Part shown: positions 49,026 to 59,093 of the stretch, one piece after another | Numbering within the stretch: position 1 is the first letter of the stretch | Layout of the letters: the number at the start of each line of letters is the position of its first letter | Source of the DNA: Candidatus Hodarchaeota archaeon | Lineage (GTDB): Archaea; Asgardarchaeota; Heimdallarchaeia; Hodarchaeales; Hodarchaeaceae | Assembly: GCA_016840035.1 (NCBI GenBank) | Contig: JAEOTC010000121.1 | Coordinates: 1 to 64,000 of the forward strand | Direction of reading: 5' to 3' | DNA: 64,000 nucleotides | The notes under the pieces: generated by a model | What the model was told of the DNA's origin: nothing | Database searches by the model: none | What the model saw: the letters and a program-made list of their open reading frames with translations, nothing else | Program-made: the position numbers and the translations under genes

Positions 49026-49604
49026 ATGAGTGATAAAGCAGAATATGAATACTGTCGATTATGTGGGTATGTACGACGAGTGGGTAAAGGAGGAGTATGT
49101 CCTGCGTGTGGAGCAAGAGAAAGAGCATTCCTACCATATGAACATAAAGCTTCAGAGCAGAGACGCATGTTCTTAAAATTAGATGTACATCCTGTATCTG
49201 TTCACTTCACGATTTCCTATATTGCAGTGATCGCATTGCTGTATATAATCTCTATATTCTCTTCTGAATTGGTTGGAATATCAATAGAAGGAACGAGAGA
49301 TCTTCAAATTATCTTTTTCCCATTTCTAGTCATTGGAGGTGGAATTACAGGGATTATTGACGGAAAAATTCGTTTTAGAAAGCTTACCACTCCTTATCTA
49401 CAACGAAAAATTATTTTAGGAAGCGGTCTATTTGTTATTTCAGTTCTGATCTTTTTCGTACATAATCTTAGCACAACAGATGGATTGATCGGATTACTTG
49501 AAGGATTGTTGATTTTCTCAGCATTTGGAATTGCAAGCTACCTAGGTTGGATTGGTGCAGAAATGATATGCCCCATAGTTCCAGTCGGAAGACCGAAAGA
49601 GTAA
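49026..49604 (+). CDS. Rubredoxin-like domain fused to a DUF2231-like membrane domain
   Basis: CRLCG...CPACG; HPVSVHF followed by 4 TM, ending LGWIGAEM. Confidence 0.75.
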   Translation: MSDKAEYEYCRLCGYVRRVGKGGVCPACGARERAFLPYEHKASEQRRMFLKLDVHPVSVHFTISYIAVIALLYIISIFSSELVGISIEGTRDLQIIFFPFLVIGGGITGIIDGKIRFRKLTTPYLQRKIILGSGLFVISVLIFFVHNLSTTDGLIGLLEGLLIFSAFGIASYLGWIGAEMICPIVPVGRPKE

Positions 49605-49679
49605 TATTGAAATCAAAATGGATCAAAATTAGGATGCAAGAGGTAATCATAACTGTCACCACAAGTAAGGTCTGTTAAA

Positions 49680-49796
49680 ATGATCTGCCCATCCTGTGGA
49701 AAACGACAAGGAAATTGTTTCGTATATTGTGTGATGTGTGGAACAAGACTTAAAACCGACTCTATCCAATTAACCCATCAAATCGAAAAAGAATGA
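49680..49796 (+). CDS. 38-aa zinc-ribbon microprotein (not in the ORF track)
   Basis: Translated by hand: MICPSCGKRQGNCFVYCVMCGTRLKTDSIQLTHQIEKE. Confidence 0.6.
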   Translation: MICPSCGKRQGNCFVYCVMCGTRLKTDSIQLTHQIEKE

Positions 49797-49799
49797 GCA

Positions 49800-50909
49800 T
49801 CAGCGCTCAATTTTGGGAAACGATTTGATATTGGAGAGAGGTTCTTCTACCATATAATCATAAGATGTTTTCCACTCTTGTTTATTAAAATCAAAGTTCT
49901 CAGGATAGAAATAGTAAAGCATAGATCCTTGAACTTTCGTGTCAAGCACATGTACCTTAAAATTCGGGATATTTTGCCATCCTGCATAAGTGAAATCAGA
50001 AGCCTGTCCTGGACTCATGGTTATCCAAACGAGAAGTTTATTGTCTTTCAGAATATCTAGCGATAAAAAGAAAGGGGGAGCATCTGTTCTTACTCTATCA
50101 TATAATTGCTCTTGTTTATGTTGATCAACTTCCGATCCGAAGGCGATAATAGTTTCAGTAAGGTCAAAAATCTCTCTATCATACATGAATCTATATGAAC
50201 CAATAAATTTTTCTTTGACTGTTATATAATCTTTCAGAACAACATCTTTGTCTTGACCTGTTTTAATACAAATGTCATCTACTGTTAAAGAGGCATTGGC
50301 AGTAATCAATCTTAGAATTTTTGCTTGGGAGGGTGTAAATTCTGAAAGATTCTTCTTAGATTCATCTGGAGTGGGTAAAGGAGGTGGATCAGTATCAAAA
50401 GTTGCGAACCAAATAGACCAAATGAAACTCCAACTTGATGTTCCTGAGTTATATTTTTCTAAGTCTGGATGAGAAGTTACTCTTATTCCACTGCTTTCTG
50501 AAATTTCGAACGAAGTAACAATTCTCTGTTCCAAAAGTTTATCAAATAAAATTTGGATGTTTCTCTTTGTTCCAATCGGGATGTCAAATTGAATAAACAT
50601 CCCTATATTTCCACCAAATATTCTAGTCCGATAGTGAGTATATGGATGAGCCGTACATAATTCTTCGATAATTTCAAGACATGAAAAATTGGGAAGTATA
50701 GTGATAACGTGTATACGCTCCAATCCCAATGATTCAGGGTTATATATTGCAATTGGATCTTGGATTACACCTTCGGTTTTTAAGAAAGAATACCGTTTTA
50801 CTGCTTCTTGTTCTGTTAAATTTACTTGTCTGGCGAGCTCACTCATAGACATAAAAGGATCTTGATTTAATGCAAGTAAAATTGCAAAATCCTCAAATTT
50901 GAGCTCCAT
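49800..50909 (-). CDS. Tandem wHTH / Lrp-AsnC-like transcriptional regulator
   Basis: ILLALNQDPFMSMSELARQVNL and a second HTH KILRLITANASLTVDDICIKTG; HPYTHYR. Confidence 0.75.
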   Translation of the reverse strand: MELKFEDFAILLALNQDPFMSMSELARQVNLTEQEAVKRYSFLKTEGVIQDPIAIYNPESLGLERIHVITILPNFSCLEIIEELCTAHPYTHYRTRIFGGNIGMFIQFDIPIGTKRNIQILFDKLLEQRIVTSFEISESSGIRVTSHPDLEKYNSGTSSWSFIWSIWFATFDTDPPPLPTPDESKKNLSEFTPSQAKILRLITANASLTVDDICIKTGQDKDVVLKDYITVKEKFIGSYRFMYDREIFDLTETIIAFGSEVDQHKQEQLYDRVRTDAPPFFLSLDILKDNKLLVWITMSPGQASDFTYAGWQNIPNFKVHVLDTKVQGSMLYYFYPENFDFNKQEWKTSYDYMVEEPLSNIKSFPKIER

Positions 50910-50945
50910 CTATTTTCACACGCTAATTATTAAAGTATTTTAAGT

Positions 50946-51506
50946 TTAAATCATTAACAACGTTCTTACAGGTTCAGTACCACCTCGTCCTCCAGGTGGG
51001 TCAAAGATTAGAGAGTCATACGAGTGAATTGCACTTTTATAAGCTATATATGCGGTACAATGTATACCAACTGTATACCAGCCTGATTCTGTTGCATGAT
51101 TAAACATATACAGGACCGACTGTTCGGAGGGTTCCGTCTTAAGATAATATCTATGTTTAAACGTCAAACCAGATGGGAGTTCTAAGCCAACATCAAGCTT
51201 ATAAAAATAAATAATATCCCAATCTTCTAAATGAAAATCTAAGGTAAAATGAACCACGATGTCGTCTTCTTCACCATCAAAATCTGCATCACAATAGTAG
51301 GCACGGTCAATGGTAATTGTCATTTTTACAGGTTTGATTCTTTCCCATTCAACCTCATCCTTTTCAACGTCGTCCCTTTCTTCCTCAACCCATTCGTCAT
51401 CATAAATCGTGTAACCTTCGTGAGCTAAAATTGGAAAAGAAGAAGCGCTTATAAGAAAAATAAAGAGAATAAGACAACCTAATCCTAGAAACTGTTTCTT
51501 TTTCAT
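50946..51506 (-). CDS. Secreted hypothetical protein
   Basis: Signal peptide, DADFDGEEDD acidic loop, FDPPGG. Confidence 0.65.
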   Translation of the reverse strand: MKKKQFLGLGCLILFIFLISASSFPILAHEGYTIYDDEWVEEERDDVEKDEVEWERIKPVKMTITIDRAYYCDADFDGEEDDIVVHFTLDFHLEDWDIIYFYKLDVGLELPSGLTFKHRYYLKTEPSEQSVLYMFNHATESGWYTVGIHCTAYIAYKSAIHSYDSLIFDPPGGRGGTEPVRTLLMI

Positions 51507-51739
51507 AGAAAATATACTCCTGTGTAAATTGAGGAATTATAACTACGACATAATTTTTATACATTTGCGAGGATAGATTTACTAGACCGGTTTATATATA
51601 GACGGGTGCAAAAATATGCGTCCATTCGTAAAAAACGAGTTCCTAGGATTCGTTTTAAACTTTTTTAATTTTTAGAAAGGGAGTAAATAGAAAAAAAAGA
51701 ATTTTCTCCCTCTGATCCCTTGTTCAATTTTTTTGGTAT

Positions 51740-53332
51740 CTATTCGAGTCTATCTAAATGGCGCACACCAATGTAGAGAAGTAAAGCCCCAAGAGATAGT
51801 GTAGAAAATGCAACAACCACCATAATATAATAAAACGAGTCTATGATCCCAAAAGTTACATAGAGATACATATCCAGCATGATTAAACCAAAGAAAAAAG
51901 GAATCATTATTACAAATATGATAACCTGCATGTTGATCATGTATTCGGGAGCTTTTTCGTGATATGCAGGATTACGAAGGAATAAACCGGTGGAAAACAA
52001 AGTTAATCCAATGGCCATGGCCATTTGAAATCCTACATTAAAAAATATTTCATAAAGCTTGATTCCAGGAACCAGAAGAGAAATGATGACTTCTAGTATA
52101 ATGGCTAGTGGAACGATAATTAGGAAATAATGAGTTAATTTCATTTTGACAAAGGAGGTAGTGGTCACAGGCGTTTGTTTGTAAAGCAAAAGATTTTCTT
52201 TTCCTTGTATCGCTATTTCTCCTACAATAAAAGCTGTAAGAAGCGGCGTGATCATTATTGTACTAACGATTGCTCCTTCAGAGTCTTCAGGTTGCATCAA
52301 AAAAATATTCATCGCTGCAACCAACGCGATAACATACAATAACATTGTCAAATTACGAATGGTTCTAACATATCCTTTCCAACTAGCAACTACCATCGTA
52401 GCAAAGGGGCCATTTCCGAGTAACTGTCTTAAGAATCGGTAAAACATCCTATCGGGTTTAGCCTTAGCAGCTGAAAAAGATTTAAGTTCTAAACTGTATA
52501 AACGATTTGCTAGTACTATTCCAAAAAGAAACACAAGAGCGGTGAAAACCACAAGAAATAAAGCAGGAAAAAGTGCATTAGAACTGATTGCGGAAAGATC
52601 ACCAGGATTTCTAGCAAATTCTATAATTATTTCTGCTCCCCAGGAACTAGGAAATAAGTTTAAAATATCTTCAAACCATTTTCCTTTCTCAGGATCCAGA
52701 AGAAAGTCAAAATAACCACCCATTGCAGCATACATAATCCCAACTAGGGGAATAACCATTAGAAATGCTACACCTTTTCCAATATCTCGTCCACGAGCAT
52801 TTTTCATTAGAAATGATCTGACAAGAACAGCTGTAACATTCCCCATCCATGAAGCTGTTAAAAAGGTCAGAACGAAAATTGCTAGAATAATAAGTACCTG
52901 GAAGACATCAATCCCCAGAGGAATCATACCTATTGTGAAAAAACTTCCAATTATCAAAGCAAAAGTCACATAAAAAGGCATTTTACCAAGGAATTCACCA
53001 AAAAGTAAATTTCCAGGACGAATTGGGGTAGAAAACAAATTCTCAAAATGATGGTCCTGGATATCTTGGAGAATACTCATCAAGGGGAAAATGAAAAACA
53101 TTAGGAAGAAGAAAAATAGAATAAATTGGACAAGGACAACGGCGACAAGTGAATATACGTAAGTATCCATTTCTGAAAGCATAGATTCGGCTAGAGATGG
53201 CCCCAAATAGAAAATCCAAAACACTAATCCCCCACCAAGTAGATAAGGAAGGAATGGACGAAGTTGACGAAAACGACTTGTTATTAGCCGGTAATCTGCC
53301 TTTGCAATTATCCACCATTGAAAAGACATCAT
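51740..53332 (-). CDS. ABC exporter permease (multi-TM)
   Basis: About 12 TM, LFSTPIRP, LYKQTP; follows the ATPase gene; likely starts at MMSFQWW. Confidence 0.78.
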   Translation of the reverse strand: MMSFQWWIIAKADYRLITSRFRQLRPFLPYLLGGGLVFWIFYLGPSLAESMLSEMDTYVYSLVAVVLVQFILFFFFLMFFIFPLMSILQDIQDHHFENLFSTPIRPGNLLFGEFLGKMPFYVTFALIIGSFFTIGMIPLGIDVFQVLIILAIFVLTFLTASWMGNVTAVLVRSFLMKNARGRDIGKGVAFLMVIPLVGIMYAAMGGYFDFLLDPEKGKWFEDILNLFPSSWGAEIIIEFARNPGDLSAISSNALFPALFLVVFTALVFLFGIVLANRLYSLELKSFSAAKAKPDRMFYRFLRQLLGNGPFATMVVASWKGYVRTIRNLTMLLYVIALVAAMNIFLMQPEDSEGAIVSTIMITPLLTAFIVGEIAIQGKENLLLYKQTPVTTTSFVKMKLTHYFLIIVPLAIILEVIISLLVPGIKLYEIFFNVGFQMAMAIGLTLFSTGLFLRNPAYHEKAPEYMINMQVIIFVIMIPFFFGLIMLDMYLYVTFGIIDSFYYIMVVVAFSTLSLGALLLYIGVRHLDRLE

Positions 53333-53336
53333 CTTT

Positions 53337-54128
53337 CTATGCCCTCCAGGGGAGAGAACTTGAACTAGGATTACCCCCAGTAATTGCAATAAATGCTTCT
53401 TCAAGAGTTTTGGTCTGTGTCTGCTCCTTAATATCTGTGATGGTGCCTACAGCAATCAATTGACCTTTATGGATAATACCGATACGATCACATAATTCTT
53501 CGACTACTGGTAATCTATGACTGCTTATTAGAATAGTTTTACCTCGTTCAGACATGCTTTTCACCAACTCTTTGACAGTACGAGCAGCTCTCGGATCAAG
53601 ACCAGCTGTAGGTTCATCTAGAAAGATTACTTCTGGATTATGAATTATCGCGGAAGCTAGCAACACCTTCTGACGCATTCCTGTGCTGAATCCCTCAATT
53701 AGGTCATTTTTTCTATCTGAAAGATCGAAGAATGTTAAGAGTTCATTTATGCGAGTCTTAAGCTCATTTTTCCTCAGACCATATAGGGCTCCCATAAGCT
53801 CTAGAAACTCAAAGGCTGAGAGCTTTGCATGGACTCCAGGAGATTCTGCAAGCAATCCGCATATGGATTTAACCTGCTGTGCATCTTTTAAGATGTCAAA
53901 ACCATTTATACTCGCTGTACCGTTAGTAGGTTTTATCAATCCATTTAACAATCGGAGTGTAGTTGTTTTTCCAGCTCCATTTGGACCGAGGAGCCCAAAA
54001 GTCTCTCCTTGATGAATAGTTAATCGTAATTCATCAACAGCTCTGATTCGTCCATTTGAATAATATTTGGAGAGATCTTTGATCTGTATTAAGCCATTTG
54101 ATATATTTAAACTTTTGTTTGTTTGCAT
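53337..54128 (-). CDS. ABC exporter ATP-binding protein
   Basis: GPNGAGKT, FSTGMRQK, FLDEPTAGLD, SSH. Confidence 0.93.
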   Translation of the reverse strand: MQTNKSLNISNGLIQIKDLSKYYSNGRIRAVDELRLTIHQGETFGLLGPNGAGKTTTLRLLNGLIKPTNGTASINGFDILKDAQQVKSICGLLAESPGVHAKLSAFEFLELMGALYGLRKNELKTRINELLTFFDLSDRKNDLIEGFSTGMRQKVLLASAIIHNPEVIFLDEPTAGLDPRAARTVKELVKSMSERGKTILISSHRLPVVEELCDRIGIIHKGQLIAVGTITDIKEQTQTKTLEEAFIAITGGNPSSSSLPWRA

Positions 54129-54153
54129 TAGATTTTCAACTTCGTTAATTCAA

Positions 54154-54546
54154 TTATTTGATTCTATTTCCACACGTTGTACAAAAGAAATCATTTCTAT
54201 TAACTATAGAACCGCAATCGGAGCAGTAATCATATTTCAATCTGGAGTGGTCAATCCATTCTGTTTGAAGGTGGTTAGAAGGACTCACTTTGTATTTAAT
54301 TGATCGACCAGTAGCTCTATTAGACTGTTTTGACTCTAGTACAACTATTATAGGAATTACAGACGCAATGATCATAATTATTCCCAGTATAACAAATACA
54401 CTAGAGATAGAAATCTCTTTTACGAAAATTATTCCAATCATACCTAGTGCAAGGAATATTAAGAGAAAAGATGCAATTAATAGACCTACTAAGTTGGGTT
54501 TCTGCCCATCATTTGAAGGTGGAATGTATGGAATTATTGGAATCAT
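54154..54546 (-). CDS. 2-TM protein with C-terminal zinc ribbon
   Basis: Two TM; CSDCG...FCTTCG. Confidence 0.75.
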   Translation of the reverse strand: MIPIIPYIPPSNDGQKPNLVGLLIASFLLIFLALGMIGIIFVKEISISSVFVILGIIMIIASVIPIIVVLESKQSNRATGRSIKYKVSPSNHLQTEWIDHSRLKYDYCSDCGSIVNRNDFFCTTCGNRIK

Positions 54547-54866
54547 AATTTTTCACTGTTTGATTGACATTAATCGTCAATTACTAATTTTTGGTAACAT
54601 ACTTAAATATTCTTCGAATGGGGAAAAATTCTAAAAAAAGAAGTAAATAGTCTTTAATGAGAAAAAAATTGTGAAATTCCATCATAGAATTGCCAAAGAT
54701 GTGTGAAATTAACCAAGAAATATCATTGGATAATACTCAAATCGGTATTCTTATATTTTGAACTGAAGGAGGTGTGAATGTCTGTTTAGGACAACCAGAA
54801 GGTTTAAAAGGAAAATGGTAATTAACTTAAATTGGTAATATCAACTTTCGAAAGTGTGGACTTCTA

Positions 54867-55403
54867 ATGAAAAAGCTTTCTGACTCCGAGTTCATTGTTA
54901 TTTCAGAGATATTTAGAAAGCCATCTATTACATTAAACGAATTAGCAGAAGTTTTAGAGAACGCAAAAAATAGGAAAGTTAGAGAACCGGATAAAGCAGT
55001 TGATTTAAGATCTGTCTCTAAATTTAAATCTGTTGGATATAAAAAAATCAGAGAAGGATTAGAGAAATTAGCAACCGATTTTCGTCTTGATTTATCATTG
55101 CAAGCTGATAATCCTGAAGAGAAAAAAGAGGAAGAAAGCATTAATCACATTCTACTCAGAAATGGAATTTTACGCGGTTTTGACTTTCGAGCAAATGCCA
55201 TGGTATATTTATTTTATATTCTTGAGGAGCAGTCAATCCTTCCTTGGCAGGCTCATCATTGCAGACCAGAGTGTGAAACCGATTGTAATCACATTCTTGA
55301 TAGTCTCCGCTCTGAACATGGATTACCCTCGACAAACATACAGTTGGAAGTACTCGAATTAATTGAAATTACTATTAAAGAAATAATAGCTCGTGAAACG
55401 TGA
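54867..55403 (+). CDS. wHTH-like protein with Cys/His cluster
   Basis: IFRKPSITLNELAEVL; WQAHHCRPECETDC. Confidence 0.55.
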   Translation: MKKLSDSEFIVISEIFRKPSITLNELAEVLENAKNRKVREPDKAVDLRSVSKFKSVGYKKIREGLEKLATDFRLDLSLQADNPEEKKEEESINHILLRNGILRGFDFRANAMVYLFYILEEQSILPWQAHHCRPECETDCNHILDSLRSEHGLPSTNIQLEVLELIEITIKEIIARET

Positions 55404-56161
55404 TTAAAATGTCTGATCTCCCACATATAATTGGTTCTGATGTTCCTTCTTCACCACCAGAAAAACCACGAATCATTCGTCCTAGTCGGAATTTTTTGTA
55501 TAAAAACTATTTTCTTTTCTTATTAACGGCCATTCTTTTTATTGCGTCAATGGTAATTTTCTTCTTTATTATTAATACCTTTATTGGCAGTTCTCAAGGC
55601 CCAGGAACCCAAAAACAATTAACAGATATGTCAGTCCTCATGACAGTGGGATTTTCATTACTCTGGGTGATTCTTTTTGTAATTTATGGAGTGGGGATGT
55701 TTATTTATGTAAAACAAATGGTATTCATCGTACATGGAAGTGAAATTGTGGTTAAGAAGGGACTCATTAATAAGACGGAAAAACATGTTCCATACAGAAC
55801 TGTTACTCACATCAGTATGCGATCAGGACCATTTGACAGATTATTTAACATTGGAACTGTAGAAATCCAAACAGCTGGTGGACCAAGTTCTTCTCTAGAA
55901 TCAATGGCGGAAGAAAAACTCGAAGGAATAATCATTTATCGAGAAGTCCGTGATTATATCCTGACCCAGCTTCGTCTTTTCCAACAACAACAAAAAGGAG
56001 AGATATCTTCTGATGAGTCTGCCATAATTCCCTCAAACGAAACTGATCTTTTAAACGCTCTCTTGGATATAAAAGTAATCCTAAAAAACAAGTTCGAGAG
56101 TTTAGAGGAGAAATTCAGTCAATTGTCTGACCAATTAAAAAATCAGAGGAAATCCTATTAG
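55400..56161 (+). CDS. Membrane-flanked bacterial PH (bPH_2) domain protein
   Basis: 2 TM, VKKGLINK..VPYRTV..GPFDRLFNIGTVEIQTAG, C-terminal coiled coil. Confidence 0.85.
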   Translation: MIKMSDLPHIIGSDVPSSPPEKPRIIRPSRNFLYKNYFLFLLTAILFIASMVIFFFIINTFIGSSQGPGTQKQLTDMSVLMTVGFSLLWVILFVIYGVGMFIYVKQMVFIVHGSEIVVKKGLINKTEKHVPYRTVTHISMRSGPFDRLFNIGTVEIQTAGGPSSSLESMAEEKLEGIIIYREVRDYILTQLRLFQQQQKGEISSDESAIIPSNETDLLNALLDIKVILKNKFESLEEKFSQLSDQLKNQRKSY

Positions 56162-56208
56162 AAATTAACGTATGAGAAATAAATGTACCGTCTGATGTGT
56201 TCCTAAAA

Positions 56209-56667
56209 ATGTCAGCTAATAAAGATTCGGTAGAAGAACGAATTCTGATCGATTTAAATCCTGAGATTACTGCAAAGATAGATGTTTTAGTGGAAAAAGG
56301 ATTATATCCTGATAAAAAGGAGTTTCTTGAACAAGCAATAAGAGCTCAATTAAATATCCATCAGGAAACCTTTCAAGAGTTAGAAAGAGTACAAAATTTT
56401 GTAATGGGCATCGTGAATTTTTCTGCGGAGGATCTGGAAAAAACAGTAGCAAAAGGAAAGAAACGAGTTATTAAGGTTGTAGGACGGTTATCTTTCTCAT
56501 CTAATGTTACTCCTGAGCTGATAGACCGTTCAATTGACAAAATTATCATTGCAGGAATTTTAAAAGCTCCTTCAAATGTTATGGAAACACTGAATTCTAA
56601 ACGTTATAGTATTTTGGGATCAAAATATACAGAAAGTCATAGGTTAACTTCTAGAACGGAGGAATAG
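56209..56667 (+). CDS. CopG/RHH-domain regulator
   Basis: ILIDL..KIDVLVEKGLYPDKKEFLEQAIRAQL. Confidence 0.75.
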   Translation: MSANKDSVEERILIDLNPEITAKIDVLVEKGLYPDKKEFLEQAIRAQLNIHQETFQELERVQNFVMGIVNFSAEDLEKTVAKGKKRVIKVVGRLSFSSNVTPELIDRSIDKIIIAGILKAPSNVMETLNSKRYSILGSKYTESHRLTSRTEE

Positions 56668-56827
56668 TCTAAAGATTATTTGGAAGTAATTTCCTGTTAA
56701 AGAAATTCATGATTTTTTACATATTTTTTTAGATAGTATGAAAAATCCAAATTATTCGAAGTTCAGAGACGATTGATATTAATTGTTGACCCTTTTTTTG
56801 TCCTCTACATCATAAATTTCACCCCCG

Positions 56828-57613
56828 ATGGAGAATTCAAAGATGAACCACCACAAAATATCTAAAACGCGGATATTCCCTGTAAATACACAGATTCTCA
56901 CCTTATTTCTAGTAACTTTAGTGATAATTTCTACTATCAGGATAATTGAAGCAAAACCACAAAAAACTTCGGAAAATATATTGGACGGTGTAATCAGTCA
57001 AGATGAATATTCATATTCACAGAGTACGGAAGATGGTAAATTTATTCTTTATTGGGAACCCACAGATGAGAATACAATATTCTTCGCAATGCAAGCATTG
57101 ACAACTGGTTATATGTCAATAGGAATTAACCCTTCTCAGCGAATGAAGGATGCAGATATGTATTTCGGGTGGGTAGACTCAAATGGTTCAGTATTCATGA
57201 TAGATGCCTTTGCAGTTGATGACATGGGTACTCATCCCCCAGATACTGAATTGGGTGGTACAAATGATATTCTGGACTATAATGGGAGTGAAAATGCACA
57301 GACTACAATTATTGAATTTAAGAGACTAATAGTATCACCTGATTCAGAATATGATAATGCTATTCCGATGGTAGGTGAAATCCCCATTATTTGGGCGTAT
57401 GGAACTTCGGATAATTTTGAAGTTCACCATGGAGTTGTTAGCCGCGGTACAATGTTCTGGAGTCTAGAAGGGGCAAGTGTATTAAGGTTTGATTTCAGTC
57501 AACCCTTTATCTTGGGGCTAGCTTTTCTGATTACTTTAACAGGATTAGTAATCTATGTGGATAGCAAAGGTCGTCCTACCAGTAACAACGAGAAGACAAA
57601 CAGTGGTGAATAG
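56828..57613 (+). CDS. Membrane-anchored DOMON domain protein (heme-binding type)
   Basis: Signal/TM, GYMSIG...RMKDADM (Met ligand), IEFKR, IIWAYG...HHG (His ligand), C-terminal TM. Confidence 0.85.
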   Translation: MENSKMNHHKISKTRIFPVNTQILTLFLVTLVIISTIRIIEAKPQKTSENILDGVISQDEYSYSQSTEDGKFILYWEPTDENTIFFAMQALTTGYMSIGINPSQRMKDADMYFGWVDSNGSVFMIDAFAVDDMGTHPPDTELGGTNDILDYNGSENAQTTIIEFKRLIVSPDSEYDNAIPMVGEIPIIWAYGTSDNFEVHHGVVSRGTMFWSLEGASVLRFDFSQPFILGLAFLITLTGLVIYVDSKGRPTSNNEKTNSGE

Positions 57614-57615
57614 CT

Positions 57616-59061
57616 ATGGCTGAATTACATCCTATCGTTTTACATTTTCATATTGCCAATCTGGCATTGAGTATCTTTACCTTACTACTTGCAATCACTG
57701 TGTCTGCATTTGAGCGAACAGATTTTTTTAATCGAAAGCTCGTAAAAAGAACATTTCGTGGTAGGGAGCTTTTGAGTCAGCAAACTTGCAGAACGTATGC
57801 TGATAAATTTGAATTTGTAGCATTCATGTTTCTTCTTTATGGAATTGTAACTTTTTTTGTAGCAGGAGTTGCAGGTTTTCTAGATGCCTCAGGAAATATT
57901 GGGATTGGGGAAATTAATCTAGATAATCTTCTCTTAGGGATATCAGAAGCAAGTCTCAGCTCAATACTTGGTTATAAAGTTATATATTCCATTATTGGAG
58001 TCTCCTACTTCCTCTTCGCAGCGCTTATCCGCATATATTTTGCCAGTTACCGCAAAGAAAGAATTTTTTCACAACATCCATTATATTGGATAGTCCTTCT
58101 CTTAAGTCAAATTCTTGGTTACATTCTTTTAACGCTCGTTTCTGGAGCTGGAGCAATTAGAGTTTATGGTGGAACCTTAATTTCTGATATTCCAATCTTT
58201 GGGGAGTTCTTACCTAATGGATCACTGGATCCTACCCCCATCGTCCTTTTGGGTACTGTATTAATCGTCTTCCTCATTATCATTGCTGGTTTTTCAAAGA
58301 AACCTCCAGAAATCGAACCTCCTCACGAAGGAGAGCATGAAGAACATGAAATAACTCTTTGGCCTGCAGCACTAGCATTCGGCACAGTCTTTGTTGCAGC
58401 TGCTATCATTAACTTTACTGATGGCAACGAATTAGCAGCTTTCGGTTTCTTCTGGACATTTTTTATTGTACTGATTGGTTTCATCTTTAATGAAGCATTT
58501 AAACAAGATTTGTTTAGAAGACCACGTGAAGGATGGATTTGGTTATTCCTTGGGAGTGAAGTGATTCTATTCTCTATGATAATTGGGACAAGTTTCGGTC
58601 TAAGAGTTGCGTCTGGGAGTAATTGGCCTGATCAGAGTCAGATTCTAGATATCCCTCTAACAGCAATTAATACATTTATCTTAATAATTAGTAGTTTTAC
58701 TATGGTGAAATCGGTAGATGCAATACAGCAAGGTAAACAAAAGTTATCGCGAGATTATCTTCTCGCAACTGCGGGATTGGGAACACTATTCCTTGGTATT
58801 CAACTAACAGAATATCTAGAGTTGTTTGCACATCATTTTACACCAACTACGAACCTATTTGGATCCACATTTTATGTCCAAACAGGCCTTCATGGAGCTC
58901 ACGTATTCTTCGGTGTCCTTCTAGTTATCTTTACAACACTGAGAGCTCATCAAGGTGGATTTACCAAAGAAAATCACGGCAGTTTAGAGTTAGTTGGGCT
59001 CTATTGGCATTTCGTTGATCTTGTATGGATTGTATTATTTACATTAGTATATCTAATATAG
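57616..59061 (+). CDS. coxC: Heme-copper oxidase subunit III fused to an N-terminal DUF2231-like domain
   Basis: N-term LHPIVLHF with TM helices; C-term WLFLGSEVILF, NTFILIISS, TGLHGAHV, LYWHFVDLVW. Confidence 0.85.
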   Translation: MAELHPIVLHFHIANLALSIFTLLLAITVSAFERTDFFNRKLVKRTFRGRELLSQQTCRTYADKFEFVAFMFLLYGIVTFFVAGVAGFLDASGNIGIGEINLDNLLLGISEASLSSILGYKVIYSIIGVSYFLFAALIRIYFASYRKERIFSQHPLYWIVLLLSQILGYILLTLVSGAGAIRVYGGTLISDIPIFGEFLPNGSLDPTPIVLLGTVLIVFLIIIAGFSKKPPEIEPPHEGEHEEHEITLWPAALAFGTVFVAAAIINFTDGNELAAFGFFWTFFIVLIGFIFNEAFKQDLFRRPREGWIWLFLGSEVILFSMIIGTSFGLRVASGSNWPDQSQILDIPLTAINTFILIISSFTMVKSVDAIQQGKQKLSRDYLLATAGLGTLFLGIQLTEYLELFAHHFTPTTNLFGSTFYVQTGLHGAHVFFGVLLVIFTTLRAHQGGFTKENHGSLELVGLYWHFVDLVWIVLFTLVYLI

Positions 59062-59093
59062 AAGAGAAATTGATTGAATGGGTGAAATAAAAA

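Noticed and set aside
44810-53990. Near-identical ~25-nt stretch at about 44815 and 53962
   Set aside because: Both encode the Walker A GPNGAGKTT of paralogous ABC ATPases; not a mobile or regulatory repeat
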